From Bythopirellula sp. (GTDB lineage: Bacteria > Planctomycetota > Planctomycetia > Pirellulales > Lacipirellulaceae), in contig OZ244170.1 of NCBI GenBank assembly GCA_965216565.1, positions 2,048,001 through 2,112,000 on the forward strand: a stretch of 64,000 nt of DNA. The letters are read 5' to 3'. Below, one piece after another: positions 39,797 to 50,170 of this stretch. Both the position numbers and the translations under genes were made by a program. A model generated the notes under the pieces. It ran no database searches. It was not told where the DNA came from and worked only from the letters and a program-made list of their open reading frames with translations. Position 1 is the stretch's first letter, and every line of letters begins with the position of its first letter.

Positions 39797-40019
39797 CGTT
39801 CAACGGCCTGATTCACAATTGCGGCCTGCTGGATACGTAAGGTTTGCTCAGGCCAGCTAGTCTTGAAATCGTAAAGTGCACACTCTGCAGATCGTCTAAG
39901 ATGAAGGAGCACCTGGACGCAATTGGGCACTCGCTAATTAATAGGGCTTTACTTCACAACTGGATGACCAATCCTTCTATTCTTTGCGTAGCGGTAGCCA
40001 TAAGCGAGAATCGACTACA

Positions 40020-40044
40020 ACGTCGCAGCCTCTCAGATTTGGAC
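40020..40044 (-). promoter_or_regulatory. Putative ECF promoter, motif 2 (GTCCA-N17-CGT), for sulfatase 38390-39796
   Basis: One of eight same-spacing intergenic sites. Confidence 0.6.
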
Positions 40045-40230
40045 AAGATTTCTCAGAAACTTTGGGGTAGCTTGAATCGCCCTAGAAACGAGGGTCTTCC
40101 CGAAATTTGTTGAGTTCGAGGAAGCAGTGCAGTTCTCCGCAATGGCTGACTACAGATACACTTGGAACGAGCCGTTGGGGCTTAATCTGCGGGTTCTACG
40201 AACATTTCGCACAATTTGCCTTGAATAGTC

Positions 40231-40255
40231 GTCCATTTTCCCGCCTTTGGGCCGT
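40231..40255 (+). promoter_or_regulatory. Putative ECF promoter, motif 2, for the PEP-CTERM cluster
   Basis: GTCCA-N17-CGT. Confidence 0.6.
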
Positions 40256-40395
40256 GATACTCAAGAAGAACAGTGTGAAAACACTTATTTTGCTGGGTAT
40301 GGTGCGCTCGAAGGGTCATCAACGATCCCTTAAGTGAGCCTGGGAAAGAACTAATGAACAAAAGCAGCTAACTTTTCAGAGAGGGAGCCTCACCG

Positions 40396-41877
40396 ATGAG
40401 GAATTATCTATTTCTAACAATAACGGCGCTCGGTCTTGCCACATTTCTTAATGGTTCTTCTGCTTCTGCGCAATTTATTGCCGGCTGGGAACAATGGGCT
40501 TCTGGGGCTGGAGTAAAGGATGCAACCCAAACCGACGGATTCACCACAGCCACCACCCTCAACAACATGGGCAACAACAATGGTTTCGGTCTCGATTTCA
40601 CCGGGAACACCGACGGGACTTGGGGAACCTTAGCTGATCCCAATGCTGATGCGACAACAGACGAAAATTCTGATGGTTATCGGCTGACTAACGGTGAAGA
40701 TGGCTCGATCGATTTCATGTTGACAGACACCAGTGGTATCCCCAGAGATTTAAACACTTTTCATTTCGATACCGCCACTTGGAGACCTAACGCTGCCAAT
40801 GATTGGGAACTGTCGGTGATATCAGGTGATCTCACCGTGGGATCGATAGCGACCGGAAACGCTCCGAATGTCACGGGCGGTACCCCAGATTGGTCTGACT
40901 TCGATATCGATCTTACGGGGCTGGCTGACAATACACTGGACGGGAATGGTTCTGTAACGTTCCGCCTTAATTTTACAGGTGGCGTGTTAGGCAGTGCTGG
41001 CCACCATCAGTCGCTTGACAACGTGGCAATCTCTGGCGATGTTCCGACCTTGCCACCTAGCACTCTGCTCGCTGGTTGGGACGTCTGGGAATCAGACGGA
41101 GTCATTTCTCCCTCCTTCACCGAGGCAAATACAACAGGCTTCACGAGCAACAACGGTGGCGTTGCCGATCCCAACGGAAGCGGGTTTGGCCTGGATTTTG
41201 ACGGCAACACCGACGGGACTTGGGGTACTTTAGATACTCCTGCGGCCGACACAACAACAGACGACAACATGGATGTCTTCCGGTTGGTTAATGGTGAAGA
41301 TGGTTCTCTAGATTTCACGATCACCGACACGGGCGGTGTCGATCGAGACTTGGCTATTTTCCATTTTGACTCGGCTACGTTGCGACCAAATTCCTCTCGA
41401 GACTACGAGCTATCGATCGTAGCCGGTGACCTGACTTTAGGCACAGTAGCAACGGGTACCGTGCCGTCTCTTACAGGAGGTGTTCAGGATTGGACCGATT
41501 TTGATATCGTTCTCACCAATCTTGCTGACTTTACCTTGGATGCAAACGGGTCGGTCACTTTCCGGTTGCAATTTACCGGAAGCGATCCGAACTCTTCGCA
41601 AGCTGGTCACCATCAGTACCTAGATAATGTTGGCATTTCTGAGCTAGCGGCTCTCCCTGGTGACTTCGACTTCAGTGGAGTCGTCGATGGGTTGGATTTC
41701 CTTTTCTGGCAAGTAAACCTTGGCGACGCTGCCAATCTCACTCTGTGGGAAAACAACTACGGTAATTCACTGTCTGTAGGGGCATCCACAGCGGTTCCTG
41801 AACCTTCGAGTGCCGCACTCTTGACGTTGTTGACGGCCGGTGTGCTCTCTCGAAGGCGCCATCGTCGGATTCATTGA
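40396..41877 (+). CDS. PEP-CTERM protein with two copies of an unrecognised ~190-aa domain and a dockerin-like motif
   Basis: Internal duplication (AGW..W, GNTDGTWG, NGEDGS, FHFD...RPN, GHHQ.LDNV); VPEP...RRRHRR. Confidence 0.9.
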   Translation: MRNYLFLTITALGLATFLNGSSASAQFIAGWEQWASGAGVKDATQTDGFTTATTLNNMGNNNGFGLDFTGNTDGTWGTLADPNADATTDENSDGYRLTNGEDGSIDFMLTDTSGIPRDLNTFHFDTATWRPNAANDWELSVISGDLTVGSIATGNAPNVTGGTPDWSDFDIDLTGLADNTLDGNGSVTFRLNFTGGVLGSAGHHQSLDNVAISGDVPTLPPSTLLAGWDVWESDGVISPSFTEANTTGFTSNNGGVADPNGSGFGLDFDGNTDGTWGTLDTPAADTTTDDNMDVFRLVNGEDGSLDFTITDTGGVDRDLAIFHFDSATLRPNSSRDYELSIVAGDLTLGTVATGTVPSLTGGVQDWTDFDIVLTNLADFTLDANGSVTFRLQFTGSDPNSSQAGHHQYLDNVGISELAALPGDFDFSGVVDGLDFLFWQVNLGDAANLTLWENNYGNSLSVGASTAVPEPSSAALLTLLTAGVLSRRRHRRIH

Positions 41878-41972
41878 TCCTGTTAGTTCACTGTTTTGAA
41901 CCACAGAAATTTCAAATTGTTTGTCATGTTTTTTGATCTAACCTTTTACCACTTTTCTTGAGGAGAAGACTA

Positions 41973-42692
41973 ATGATTTTGAGAGGATTAATTGTAACGT
42001 GTTTAGCGTTAGGCTTGCACGCCAACTGTTCGGCGGCCCTGATCGTGGCTTTTGATCAGGTTCGAAGTTCGAACGGCACTGATCCATTGAACTACGTAGT
42101 GCAAGACAGCGTCGACGTGATCACCACGCGCAGTGGCACCAACTCCTCCGGCGGTTCTGCTACTCCAGGCGTCAACAAAGAAGGCTCTACTGATGGCACA
42201 ATTGGTAGCGTCGCCGCTGCTGGCGTGAGTACTGATACAACAATAAACGGTGAGTCATGGCGTTGGACAAACGGCGCACAGACTGCCAATTTCGACTTCG
42301 ATTTCACTGATACCAGTGGTGCGGCCAGAACTGTATCAACATTCCATTTCGATGGTGGAACGAATCGTCCGAATGTAGCACAGGACTGGGAATTGTTTCA
42401 CGTCACAGGCGGAGGTGATGTTAGCCTCGGCACTGGAACGATTCCTCTTGTTTCTGGCGGCGCACTCCCAGAATACACAGACTTCGACGTTGCTTTGGGA
42501 GGCTTGACGTTACCTGCTAATGGTACGCTCAGCCTGAGTCTTCGCTTCACGAGGGATGATACAAACTCAGGCGTCAGCGGCCATCACGGTTACATCGATA
42601 ACATCGGACTCAGTGTTGTTCCAGAACCAAGCAGCTTGGCTCTGTTGACAATGATGTCCGTCGTCGCGCTCGGCAGAAAACGCCGTTCGTAA
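41973..42692 (+). CDS. PEP-CTERM protein with one copy of the same domain
   Basis: FHFDGGTNRPN, GHHGYIDNI; AGGAG before ATG; VPEP...RKRRS. Confidence 0.9.
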   Translation: MILRGLIVTCLALGLHANCSAALIVAFDQVRSSNGTDPLNYVVQDSVDVITTRSGTNSSGGSATPGVNKEGSTDGTIGSVAAAGVSTDTTINGESWRWTNGAQTANFDFDFTDTSGAARTVSTFHFDGGTNRPNVAQDWELFHVTGGGDVSLGTGTIPLVSGGALPEYTDFDVALGGLTLPANGTLSLSLRFTRDDTNSGVSGHHGYIDNIGLSVVPEPSSLALLTMMSVVALGRKRRS

Positions 42693-42724
42693 CAAGTAAT
42701 TTTGGAATTTGTTAGACACTAATT

Positions 42725-42766
42725 GAGACAGGTTCGGTGCACTATGCAGCGCCGAACCTGTTTTTC
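42725..42766 (+). terminator. Stem-loop terminator or mRNA-stabilising hairpin
   Basis: ACAGGTTCGGTGC...GCGCCGAACCTGT followed by TTTT. Confidence 0.65.
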
Positions 42767-42781
42767 GATTGAAGGAATGGG

Positions 42782-45013
42782 ATGTACAGCTTCCGCTTGA
42801 TTCTTGTCCTGCTTATCTGTCAGGCCTGTGGGTTGGCGTTTGCTGTAGAGTACCCCTATTCCAACGTTGGGCCGCAGAGCGCTTCACTAAGCGTCAGCAC
42901 CTTCAACCCAACGCCTTTCAATAGCAAGCTGCTCGGGCTAAACACCAATTTTCCCGAGAATCAGTATGGTAGTGATGGCTACAACGACGCCGATGGGCAG
43001 GCGTTGATCACAGCCTGGTCGCCACCAGCATTGAGGTTTCCACATGGAGTGTGGTCCAACTTCTACGACTGGGAAGTCGATGGTCGCCGAATCTACGACA
43101 ACTACATGGGCACGTACTACAATGCTGTCGTGAATCACCCGAATTTGCGGTATGGATATGACGGCTTCAAAACGCTGCATGACAGTCTGGGTTTCGATGT
43201 TCTTCATACTTGGAACGTGAATTATGACAGTCCCGCTAAAGGTGTTGCCAGGCTTCAGGACCGAAGAGCCGATGGATTTGACGTCAATCGTATTGAGCTC
43301 GGCAATGAGACCTTCTGGGTGAATCAGCGTAGCGAAGCTGTTGCTACTCCCGCACTGTACGTGTCGGTCGCCCAGGCACACTCTGCGGCGCTGAAAGCCG
43401 AGGATCCGAACATTCAAATCTCAGTACCCGTTTCCTGGAGGACGACAGGCCACCATGTGCCTTGGAACGCTGCCCTGGAAGCCGACCAGTCCTATTACGA
43501 CGCAGTCACACTCCATAAGTACATTCGACCAGGCGATTCGACCGCTGGGTTGCAGGAAGTACTCGACGCCCGCGCACAAATGATTCAGACCGCTGAGGCC
43601 ACCCGTGCGCAGTTTCCAGGTAAGCCGATCTGGCTATCGGAGTGGAGTATCGATGGAGGCGATAACGCCATCAGCGTGCTGGGGCTCTCGGATACGTATT
43701 TGGGGCTTATCGATCGACCCGATCTGTTCGATTCTGCCGAATACTTCCAAATCCACAATCACGATCCCTTGGTAATCTACGACAAGAATGCAAACCCCAA
43801 GCACGTGAAGACAACCCGCGGAGCTGGCTACGATATTCTTCGCAACGTGTTCCTCGACAGCGAACTGCTTTCTGGACAGGTCACCTCCAGCGAGATCGTG
43901 CCCGGCTTGGAAGCGACTTCGGCGAAGGCAGTCCTCAGAAATGGAGAACTAGTAGTCTACGCGGTTAACAAATCGCCAGTCAGCGTCCCGTTCAGCCTGG
44001 ATGTCGACAATACTGCCTATAGTGGAGCCTATACCCACGAGACACTACAGTTTAACGACGTCAACGACTTCCCTACTTTTGATCTCGGCGATAGTGGGCT
44101 AACGACTATCTCGTCCACGCCAGGCTCTATCACTCTCCCGCCGCTTTCGATCAGTGTGCTTTCCGGATTCGATCCAATTGAACCGAGCACTCTAGTAGCG
44201 GGTTGGGACACATGGAATGAAGTTGCCCCAGATTCGTGGGACGCTTCTCACTCTGCGGGAGTTTCGGCCCAAGCGGTCGGCACGGCGGAGGCTGGGGGTA
44301 TTTGGTTTAACTTTAGTAATGCAACAGTAGAAAATGGGGCCAGCAGCGATGGGCAGTTTGGAGCGACTGGCCCAGCTGAAGCCGAAACCTCAGTTGCCGT
44401 GAACACCGATGGGACGACTCTGTCCAACGGTTACGATGGGTCGATCGACTTCGTGTTAACTGATACTACTGGGACTGATAGGGCCCTAACCGGGTTTCAT
44501 TTTGATACGGGTGCTTTCCGACCGAACGCTGCCACAGATTGGGAGCTGGAAGTACTGGCAGGCGGCGATCTCACTGCGGGTTCTTTGGCTGCCGGAACTA
44601 CGACCATTAACCAAGGCCCCATACAAGACGATGAATCGATTAGTCTCAACGGACTCGCTGACAACACGCTAGAAGCATTTGGGTCAGTCACTTTTCGACT
44701 TAGTTTCACTGGAGGCGTCGACGGCTCGGCTGGTCACCATCTATTCTTGGACAATGTCGGGATCAGCGGATTTGCTCTTGGATTGCCGGGGGACTTCGAC
44801 AGCGATGGCGATGTGGATGGGCTCGACTTTATTGAGTGGCAAATGAACGACGGCACCGCTGCTGGGCTAGCGGACTGGCAGAACAACTATGGAACACAAT
44901 CACCTCAAGTCGCGGCAGCAGCGACCGTACCCGAGCCATCCTCGATGCTGCTGCTGACGTTGGGGACGATTCTATTTGCGAAGAGAAAAAGGCATGAGCC
45001 ATATGATAAATAA
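42782..45013 (+). CDS. Clan GH-A-like glycoside hydrolase + shared domain + PEP-CTERM
   Basis: LRFPHG..SNFYDW, IELGNE (acid/base), DAVTLHKY, IWLSEW (nucleophile). Confidence 0.75.
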   Translation: MYSFRLILVLLICQACGLAFAVEYPYSNVGPQSASLSVSTFNPTPFNSKLLGLNTNFPENQYGSDGYNDADGQALITAWSPPALRFPHGVWSNFYDWEVDGRRIYDNYMGTYYNAVVNHPNLRYGYDGFKTLHDSLGFDVLHTWNVNYDSPAKGVARLQDRRADGFDVNRIELGNETFWVNQRSEAVATPALYVSVAQAHSAALKAEDPNIQISVPVSWRTTGHHVPWNAALEADQSYYDAVTLHKYIRPGDSTAGLQEVLDARAQMIQTAEATRAQFPGKPIWLSEWSIDGGDNAISVLGLSDTYLGLIDRPDLFDSAEYFQIHNHDPLVIYDKNANPKHVKTTRGAGYDILRNVFLDSELLSGQVTSSEIVPGLEATSAKAVLRNGELVVYAVNKSPVSVPFSLDVDNTAYSGAYTHETLQFNDVNDFPTFDLGDSGLTTISSTPGSITLPPLSISVLSGFDPIEPSTLVAGWDTWNEVAPDSWDASHSAGVSAQAVGTAEAGGIWFNFSNATVENGASSDGQFGATGPAEAETSVAVNTDGTTLSNGYDGSIDFVLTDTTGTDRALTGFHFDTGAFRPNAATDWELEVLAGGDLTAGSLAAGTTTINQGPIQDDESISLNGLADNTLEAFGSVTFRLSFTGGVDGSAGHHLFLDNVGISGFALGLPGDFDSDGDVDGLDFIEWQMNDGTAAGLADWQNNYGTQSPQVAAAATVPEPSSMLLLTLGTILFAKRKRHEPYDK

Positions 45014-46700
45014 AACGGTTCTGATTGGTTTGATCTTTTCAGTAGTAGCTTGCTGTAACGTACTCTGTTACGCGCAGGGCGTTCTCTACACAGAAGGTCC
45101 GGGTACCAATCCGCCATTTGAAGATATCCGGGACGATATTACGAACGGATACTCGGGAACCGTGATCGATGTGAACAACGCGTTGGTCGAGGGCGGGCTA
45201 TACGGTTCCCTAGGTATCGAAGACAACCTGCGACTCCACACACTCGCGAATAGTTCGATAAGCCAGAGCAACTTTGATAACTGGAGCCGGTGGTATCAGA
45301 CCGATGGGGCGACGCAAATCTTCCGGCTCTTCCCAGGTGAGGAGAATGTTCGCAATAGTCGGCCGCTGGCAGCTCGAGTCGAGGCCTTTGACGCAAACAC
45401 TGGCTGGAACGTCGGCGACGGAGAGTGGCACGACTGGGTTGCTCGCTACACCATAGTAAAACCGATAAACGCGGCGATCTTCCAAGCAAAAGACCAAGAT
45501 GACGAGGCGTGGTCTGTGCATCTGAATATGAATCAGGATGGACGAGTCTCTGTGACACATAGGCGCCCATTGCCGGGGCAACCCAAGACCGAGACTCTGG
45601 TGGAGAATGCAATCGGTCAGCCTTTTGACGTTCGTGTTCGAGACAATGGACTCGACTACGAGGTTTACTTTGGCGACCAGACCCAACCGTTCACGACAGG
45701 GCAATATGTTCGGAATGCTGATCCTGGAGACAATTCAGACACACGATTCCGTTGGGGAATTTATGTTGGAGCCCAGGAGGTCTTAAGCGAAGCGATGATC
45801 TTTGTCAGTCACGCGTCCGTAGACCCAGTCATTGACATTCCTACCGAACCCGACCCGGAATACGGCACGCTCATTGCCGGTTGGGATACTTGGGATAGCG
45901 GAGCTACTCCTACCGCATCTGTCACCGCGGCTGGTATTGCTGCATCGGCTGTTACAACAACTGAAGGAATAAACTGGCATACGACCGACGAACGGGGTGC
46001 CAGCGCTGACGGCGATTGGGGAACTTTTGCGGGTGCCCCTGCAGCAGACACTTCTGTTGCTGATACGGACAATCAAAATCTAGAGTTGTCCAATGCCACG
46101 TCAGGCGGAACGATTACCTTTACGATCACTAACAATGGCACAGAGGACATCGAACTGGACGGCTTTCATTTCGATGCGTATGCCTTCCGTCCCAAAGCAG
46201 CTAGAGCCTACGAATTGAGCGTGGCGTCGGGCGATATCTCGAACGGTGTGATTTATACTTCTAGCGATGATGAGATCACCAGCGTTTCGGGGGCATGGGA
46301 CAACAATGCTCACGACGATATCAGCCATTCCTTGTTGGGACTCACCGACAATGTCCTCGAAGTTGGCGGAACAGTGGATTTTCTACTGGCTTTTTCAAGT
46401 GGAGCAGGCGATGGTACCGGCGGGCATGATCTTTGGGTCGATAATGTTGCCATCACTGCGGTGGTAGACATAGCGGACGGCGACTTCGATGGCGATGGCG
46501 ATGTCGATGGACTCGACTTCCTAGAATGGCAGACTAGCAATGGCACAGCGGCTGGCATAACGGCTTGGCAAGAAAACTATGGAAACCAGCCACCATTGAA
46601 TGCTACCTCCACAGCTGTGCCTGAGCCCAGCGGGATTTTATTGATCGCCATACTTTCTCTCCACCTGACCAACAGAAGCTGCAAGCGGTTGGTGAGCTAA
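45003..46700 (+). CDS. Putative polysaccharide lyase (PL7-like jelly roll) + shared domain + PEP-CTERM
   Basis: ARVEAF, IFQAK and FRWGIY resemble the RxE / Q / YFKxGxY lyase motifs. Confidence 0.55.
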   Translation: MINKTVLIGLIFSVVACCNVLCYAQGVLYTEGPGTNPPFEDIRDDITNGYSGTVIDVNNALVEGGLYGSLGIEDNLRLHTLANSSISQSNFDNWSRWYQTDGATQIFRLFPGEENVRNSRPLAARVEAFDANTGWNVGDGEWHDWVARYTIVKPINAAIFQAKDQDDEAWSVHLNMNQDGRVSVTHRRPLPGQPKTETLVENAIGQPFDVRVRDNGLDYEVYFGDQTQPFTTGQYVRNADPGDNSDTRFRWGIYVGAQEVLSEAMIFVSHASVDPVIDIPTEPDPEYGTLIAGWDTWDSGATPTASVTAAGIAASAVTTTEGINWHTTDERGASADGDWGTFAGAPAADTSVADTDNQNLELSNATSGGTITFTITNNGTEDIELDGFHFDAYAFRPKAARAYELSVASGDISNGVIYTSSDDEITSVSGAWDNNAHDDISHSLLGLTDNVLEVGGTVDFLLAFSSGAGDGTGGHDLWVDNVAITAVVDIADGDFDGDGDVDGLDFLEWQTSNGTAAGITAWQENYGNQPPLNATSTAVPEPSGILLIAILSLHLTNRSCKRLVS

Positions 46701-46784
46701 AGCGGACACAATGGAATTAATAAAATTCTATGGTGAGGAAAGGAACAACCCTTTAGCAAAGTGCTTCATTCATGGGTTTTAAGT

Positions 46785-46809
46785 GTCCAGAACCCGGGAT
46801 ATGGAACGT
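46785..46809 (+). promoter_or_regulatory. Putative ECF promoter, motif 2
   Basis: GTCCA-N17-CGT(TCTA). Confidence 0.6.
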
Positions 46810-46870
46810 TCTACAAAAGAGTGGTGTATCTATTCTTCATGCCGGGATTCACAGGAATACTAACTGAATC

Positions 46871-47854
46871 ATGACGAACTTAGACATCCGTCACGATCGC
46901 GATAGCTCCAAGGCTTTCACGCTGGTTGAGCTGCTGGTCGTGATAGCCATTATTGGTGTTCTTGTGGCCCTGTTGTTACCTGCTGTACAAGCCGCACGCG
47001 AGGCAGCACGCCGCATGCAGTGCAGCAACCAGCTCAGGCAGATAGGATTAGCCACCCAGAATTACCATGATACCAATCTGAAGCTCCCCATCGCGTCCGC
47101 GGAGGGCACGAATATCAGCTGCCTTGCTCAGATCCTTCCCTTTCTGGAACAGCAAAGCTTGCGAGACTTGGTGAACGAGGAGAGAAGCTGGTCGCACTCT
47201 TCAAACGAATCGGCAAAGCTGACTCTCGTATCCGTGTTTCTATGCCCATCAACCGGGCCCGACCTGGGAGCGTTTCTTACGCAGCCAGGTCAGTCCTCTG
47301 CTTATGTAGAATCAACGCCGCTAAGAGCTCACTACTTTGGAGTGATGGGGGCCAAGTCGGAGCATTGCCCGATCGATTCATCGACGCCTTGGCCTGATTC
47401 CGGCTACGAATTCGTGGAATGCAATCACAGGTCGGGTGGCTATGCGGCGAACGGGGCGATTGCTTTGCGGGAGAATGTCGCGTTCAATGAAATTACCGAT
47501 GGATTGTCGAATACGATGGTGTTTGCCGAGCAGTCGTGGGTATCTCCTGACAATGGAGTTGGCCCCTCTAGGGTCTGGATTGTGGGTTTGTCGGGGAAGT
47601 TCGTTTACAACGCAGAAAATATTTTCAAACCGATGAGGGTTGCATATCGCGACGTACCCGGATCGTCGAACAACAGCAGTGGCTACTTCAATAACGATGG
47701 CAGCATGGGCAGTGAACACCCTGGAGGTGCTCACGTCAATCTAATCGATGGCTCGGTCCAGTTTTTTAATGAGGACATTGATTTGCGAGTACTCAAGGCC
47801 TATGCCACCCGTGCCAATGAAGACAACTTGAATCCAGAAGTCATTGGTTCCTAA
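46871..47854 (+). CDS. DUF1559 protein
   Basis: [14 protein letters not shown]...[21 protein letters not shown]. Confidence 0.92.
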   Translation: MTNLDIRHDRDSSKAFTLVELLVVIAIIGVLVALLLPAVQAAREAARRMQCSNQLRQIGLATQNYHDTNLKLPIASAEGTNISCLAQILPFLEQQSLRDLVNEERSWSHSSNESAKLTLVSVFLCPSTGPDLGAFLTQPGQSSAYVESTPLRAHYFGVMGAKSEHCPIDSSTPWPDSGYEFVECNHRSGGYAANGAIALRENVAFNEITDGLSNTMVFAEQSWVSPDNGVGPSRVWIVGLSGKFVYNAENIFKPMRVAYRDVPGSSNNSSGYFNNDGSMGSEHPGGAHVNLIDGSVQFFNEDIDLRVLKAYATRANEDNLNPEVIGS

Positions 47855-47936
47855 AGGTCTAGAAATCTTCTGTAAATGCTTGCGTCCGGCGATGGCGACC
47901 TAGTAGCGGAAGTCACGGTGCTGTTTAGAAATTATC

Positions 47937-48437
47937 ATGACAACGAATACCATGACAACGAATACACCAGCTTACCGCTTCCCAATAGCTATCCCACACA
48001 GCTTCGCAAAGCGAAGCTTTCACTATGGATGCTTTGTGTTTTTCTCCAGTGCCTGCACTTTGATAGGGGGTTGCTCGACCCATGATCATCCTTTGGTGCC
48101 TGCAACTGGCACAGTCATTCTCGATGGTAAGCCGCTTACGTTAGGGGTCGTCATTGCGACGGCTGAGAATGGGCGGGACGCGCGAGGTGATATTGCGCCG
48201 GATGGGTCATTCAGCTTAGAAACACGTCCCTGGGGTCAGGGAGCGTTGGTTGGTGTTCACCGCGTTTCTGTCAAGGCATACAAACTGAATGACCCTTCTA
48301 ACCCAGAGTCGATGGGTGTCTCTTTAGTGCCTGCGAAATACACAAATGCCTATAACTCGGGAATCTCAATCGAAGTTACTGAGGATGGAGAAAACGACTT
48401 CCGCATTGAGCTCTCTAGTAAACCCCGTCGACCTTAG
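47937..48437 (+). CDS. Carboxypeptidase-regulatory-like lipoprotein (DUF1559 partner)
   Basis: GGC lipobox; VPATGTVILDGKPL; GALVGVHRVSV; PAKY...SG. Confidence 0.8.
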   Translation: MTTNTMTTNTPAYRFPIAIPHSFAKRSFHYGCFVFFSSACTLIGGCSTHDHPLVPATGTVILDGKPLTLGVVIATAENGRDARGDIAPDGSFSLETRPWGQGALVGVHRVSVKAYKLNDPSNPESMGVSLVPAKYTNAYNSGISIEVTEDGENDFRIELSSKPRRP

Positions 48438-48631
48438 CCGATTCTAGACTTTCTCTTATGGCAGGCCACGCGATAATCGAGGTGTGATAGGTTGAGCAAA
48501 GGTGCTTCCCTCCTGGAAATCTTCCATTCGATTGCCCCAACGTCTTATAAACTCGAATGGAGATCTCTACCAGTCAGGCCTTTAATAATTCCGTTGATCA
48601 CCCAGCATGAGACACTCCGAAGGATACCGTT

Positions 48632-50110
48632 TTGATCTATCGCACTTACTCAATCAGCAAATGGCTAATTCTATTTCTGATAGTGGTTATAGAGTGCAGT
48701 CTCGTTCACGCTGAGCCAATCACGAGAAGTAGCAGGCCGAACTTCCTGATCTTCATTGCTGACGACTTGAACAAAGAATACTTCAAGTGTTATGGCAATA
48801 AGCATACTGCGGCACCGACCACTTCGCGTCTAGCAGCGGAGGGCATGGTATTCGATAGCGCCTTCACTGGGCAGGCGATTTGTACTCCGTCGCGGGCGAT
48901 GCTCTATACAGGCAAATACCCGTTGAGAAACGGGGCGTTTATGAACCATTCGCATGTGTTCGAGGGGACTCGAAGCGTCTGTCACTATCTTCGTGATGCC
49001 TCTTACAACGTCATTCTCTGTGGAAAGTCGCATGTTAACCCAGATAGTGCGTTCCCTTGGACGATTGCCATGGATTCTGTTGAGCCGGCCGGTGATCCCG
49101 CAATGTATACGAGGCCTACGATGCCGCTGGATAGGGTGGAGACCTATTTAGCTAACAAGAGCAATGACGATGAACGCCCCTTCTGTATCATGGCCTCCAG
49201 CTTCTACCCTCATGGGGAGCATCCTCAGAACACCAACTTCACCGCAGATTCGATCAGCGTCACCCGATTTCAAGAAGACAACAGACGGACGAGACAGTCC
49301 GAGGCTAGGTTTAGCCAGGCCGTTCAGAATAGTGACGACGAACTCTCCCAGATGCTTGGCCTCTTGGAGAAGTATGGTCTATCTAGGAACACGATGGTGA
49401 TTTTCGCTTCTGATCATGGGCGTTTCGGTAAATGGTCCGTCTACGACAAGGGACTCAATGTTCCCTTCATTGTGCGGTGGCCGGGAGTTGTTAAGGCAGG
49501 AACAAGAACCAATGCCCTCATTTCTTTTGCAGATGTTCTTCCGACGATGCTAGAGTTAGCAGGCGCAGAACCCGTCGAAGATCTTGACGGCAGGAGTTTC
49601 TTAAGCCTCCTCAACGGTAGTACAACGACACACCAGGACTACGTCTATGGTGTGATGACCAATCAGGGAATTATTAACGCCCATGTATTTCCCGGAAGAA
49701 TGATTCGGTCGAAGCGATACAAATACATTCGGAATTACAACGCGATGGAAGTCGTAGAGCGTCGCGAGAGGGCAGGGGAGAAGTGGATTGATTTCCTAAG
49801 AATGGGAGCTGAACAGCATCCGGGTGTGCCCGAAGAGGAGCTTTTCGATATTCTTAACGATCCAGAAGAGCAAAACAATTTGGCTGCCGATCCGAACTAC
49901 CGCGAAATCAAAGCAGATTTGAAAAAGAAGCTGCAAGACTGGCTGGTTGCTCAGAACGACTTTTTAAGATTGGAAGGACATATGCCTTTCTTGGCTACTC
50001 AAAAACATTTTAGATTGGATTTGTTAAGCCATCCCAAGAATAGAGTTGTGCTGCCCTCCAGTCTGAAGCACTCCCTTGATGGGTATGAGTTTTACACTCA
50101 TCAAAACTGA
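48632..50110 (+). CDS. Sulfatase S1
   Basis: RPNFLIFIADD, ICTPSRAMLYTG, SDHG. Confidence 0.92.
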   Translation: MIYRTYSISKWLILFLIVVIECSLVHAEPITRSSRPNFLIFIADDLNKEYFKCYGNKHTAAPTTSRLAAEGMVFDSAFTGQAICTPSRAMLYTGKYPLRNGAFMNHSHVFEGTRSVCHYLRDASYNVILCGKSHVNPDSAFPWTIAMDSVEPAGDPAMYTRPTMPLDRVETYLANKSNDDERPFCIMASSFYPHGEHPQNTNFTADSISVTRFQEDNRRTRQSEARFSQAVQNSDDELSQMLGLLEKYGLSRNTMVIFASDHGRFGKWSVYDKGLNVPFIVRWPGVVKAGTRTNALISFADVLPTMLELAGAEPVEDLDGRSFLSLLNGSTTTHQDYVYGVMTNQGIINAHVFPGRMIRSKRYKYIRNYNAMEVVERRERAGEKWIDFLRMGAEQHPGVPEEELFDILNDPEEQNNLAADPNYREIKADLKKKLQDWLVAQNDFLRLEGHMPFLATQKHFRLDLLSHPKNRVVLPSSLKHSLDGYEFYTHQN

Positions 50111-50170
50111 CCTTCCAGAGGACAACAGTCACACAATCGACCCTCAGAAGAATGAATAGTGTAGAAGACT

